A program made the translations under genes and the position numbers. This document shows, piece after piece, positions 44,641-44,789 of a stretch of DNA of 44,789 nt. This stretch comes from Vectrevirus PDP21P6: sequence record OZ035822.1. One strand, given 5' to 3'. Numbering within the stretch: position 1 is the stretch's first letter; every line of letters begins with the position of its first letter. Below the pieces are notes generated by a model. It did no database searches and was not told the DNA's origin. It was given only the letters and a program-made list of their open reading frames with translations.

Positions 44641-44789
44641 ATGATTAACTCAGAACTGGTAGATAGTGGTGTGAAGCTTGCGCCACCTGCATTAGTCTCA
44701 GGTGGGTACTTCCTCGGTATCAGTTGGAATGATTGGGTTCTTATAGCTACATTCATTTATACTGTATTACAAATTGGCGATTGGTTTTA
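44641..44789 (+). CDS. class II holin (T7 gp17.5-like), 3'-truncated at window end
   Basis: AGGAGG RBS then ATG 44641; MINSELVDSGVKLAPPALVSGGYFLGISWNDWVLIATFIYTVLQIGDWF resembles T7 holin; frame continues into bases 1-43 if the ends are joined. Confidence 0.6.
   Translation, partial: MINSELVDSGVKLAPPALVSGGYFLGISWNDWVLIATFIYTVLQIGDWF

Noticed and set aside
1-44789. Temperate lifestyle or prophage features (integrase, repressor, att sites)
   Set aside because: No integrase, recombinase or repressor-like ORFs were recognised; gene content is that of a virulent T7-supergroup phage.

Overview
The window reads as an essentially complete genome of a T7-supergroup podophage of the SP6/K1-5-like type (Autographiviridae), with every supported gene on the + strand. 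The window is circularly permuted relative to the biological gene order: it opens just upstream of the small terminase gene and ends inside a T7 gp17.5-like holin ORF whose reading frame would continue into bases 1-43. Gene order: terS, an HNH endonuclease, terL, two tandem paralogous small genes, M15 endolysin and spanin candidates, two tailspike genes, a ~1 kb non-coding repeat-rich region that probably holds the physical genome ends, early genes with host sigma70-type promoters and rrn-type boxA elements, single-subunit RNA polymerase, a T7-like origin region, gene 1.1 homolog, primase-helicase, DNA polymerase, exonuclease, endonuclease VII-like protein, a second HNH endonuclease, metallophosphoesterase, ATP-dependent ligase, GNAT acetyltransferase, portal, scaffold, major capsid, tail tubular proteins A and B, three internal virion proteins (one with a C-terminal GH24-like lysozyme domain), tail-fiber adaptor and holin. 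There are 12 promoters for the phage RNA polymerase (SP6-like core ACACTATAGAAG with a different upstream specificity region), several intrinsic terminators, and a 16-bp perfect palindrome present six times. No tRNA, CRISPR array or integrase was seen. All assignments come from reading the sequence and remembered family motifs; no database search was run.
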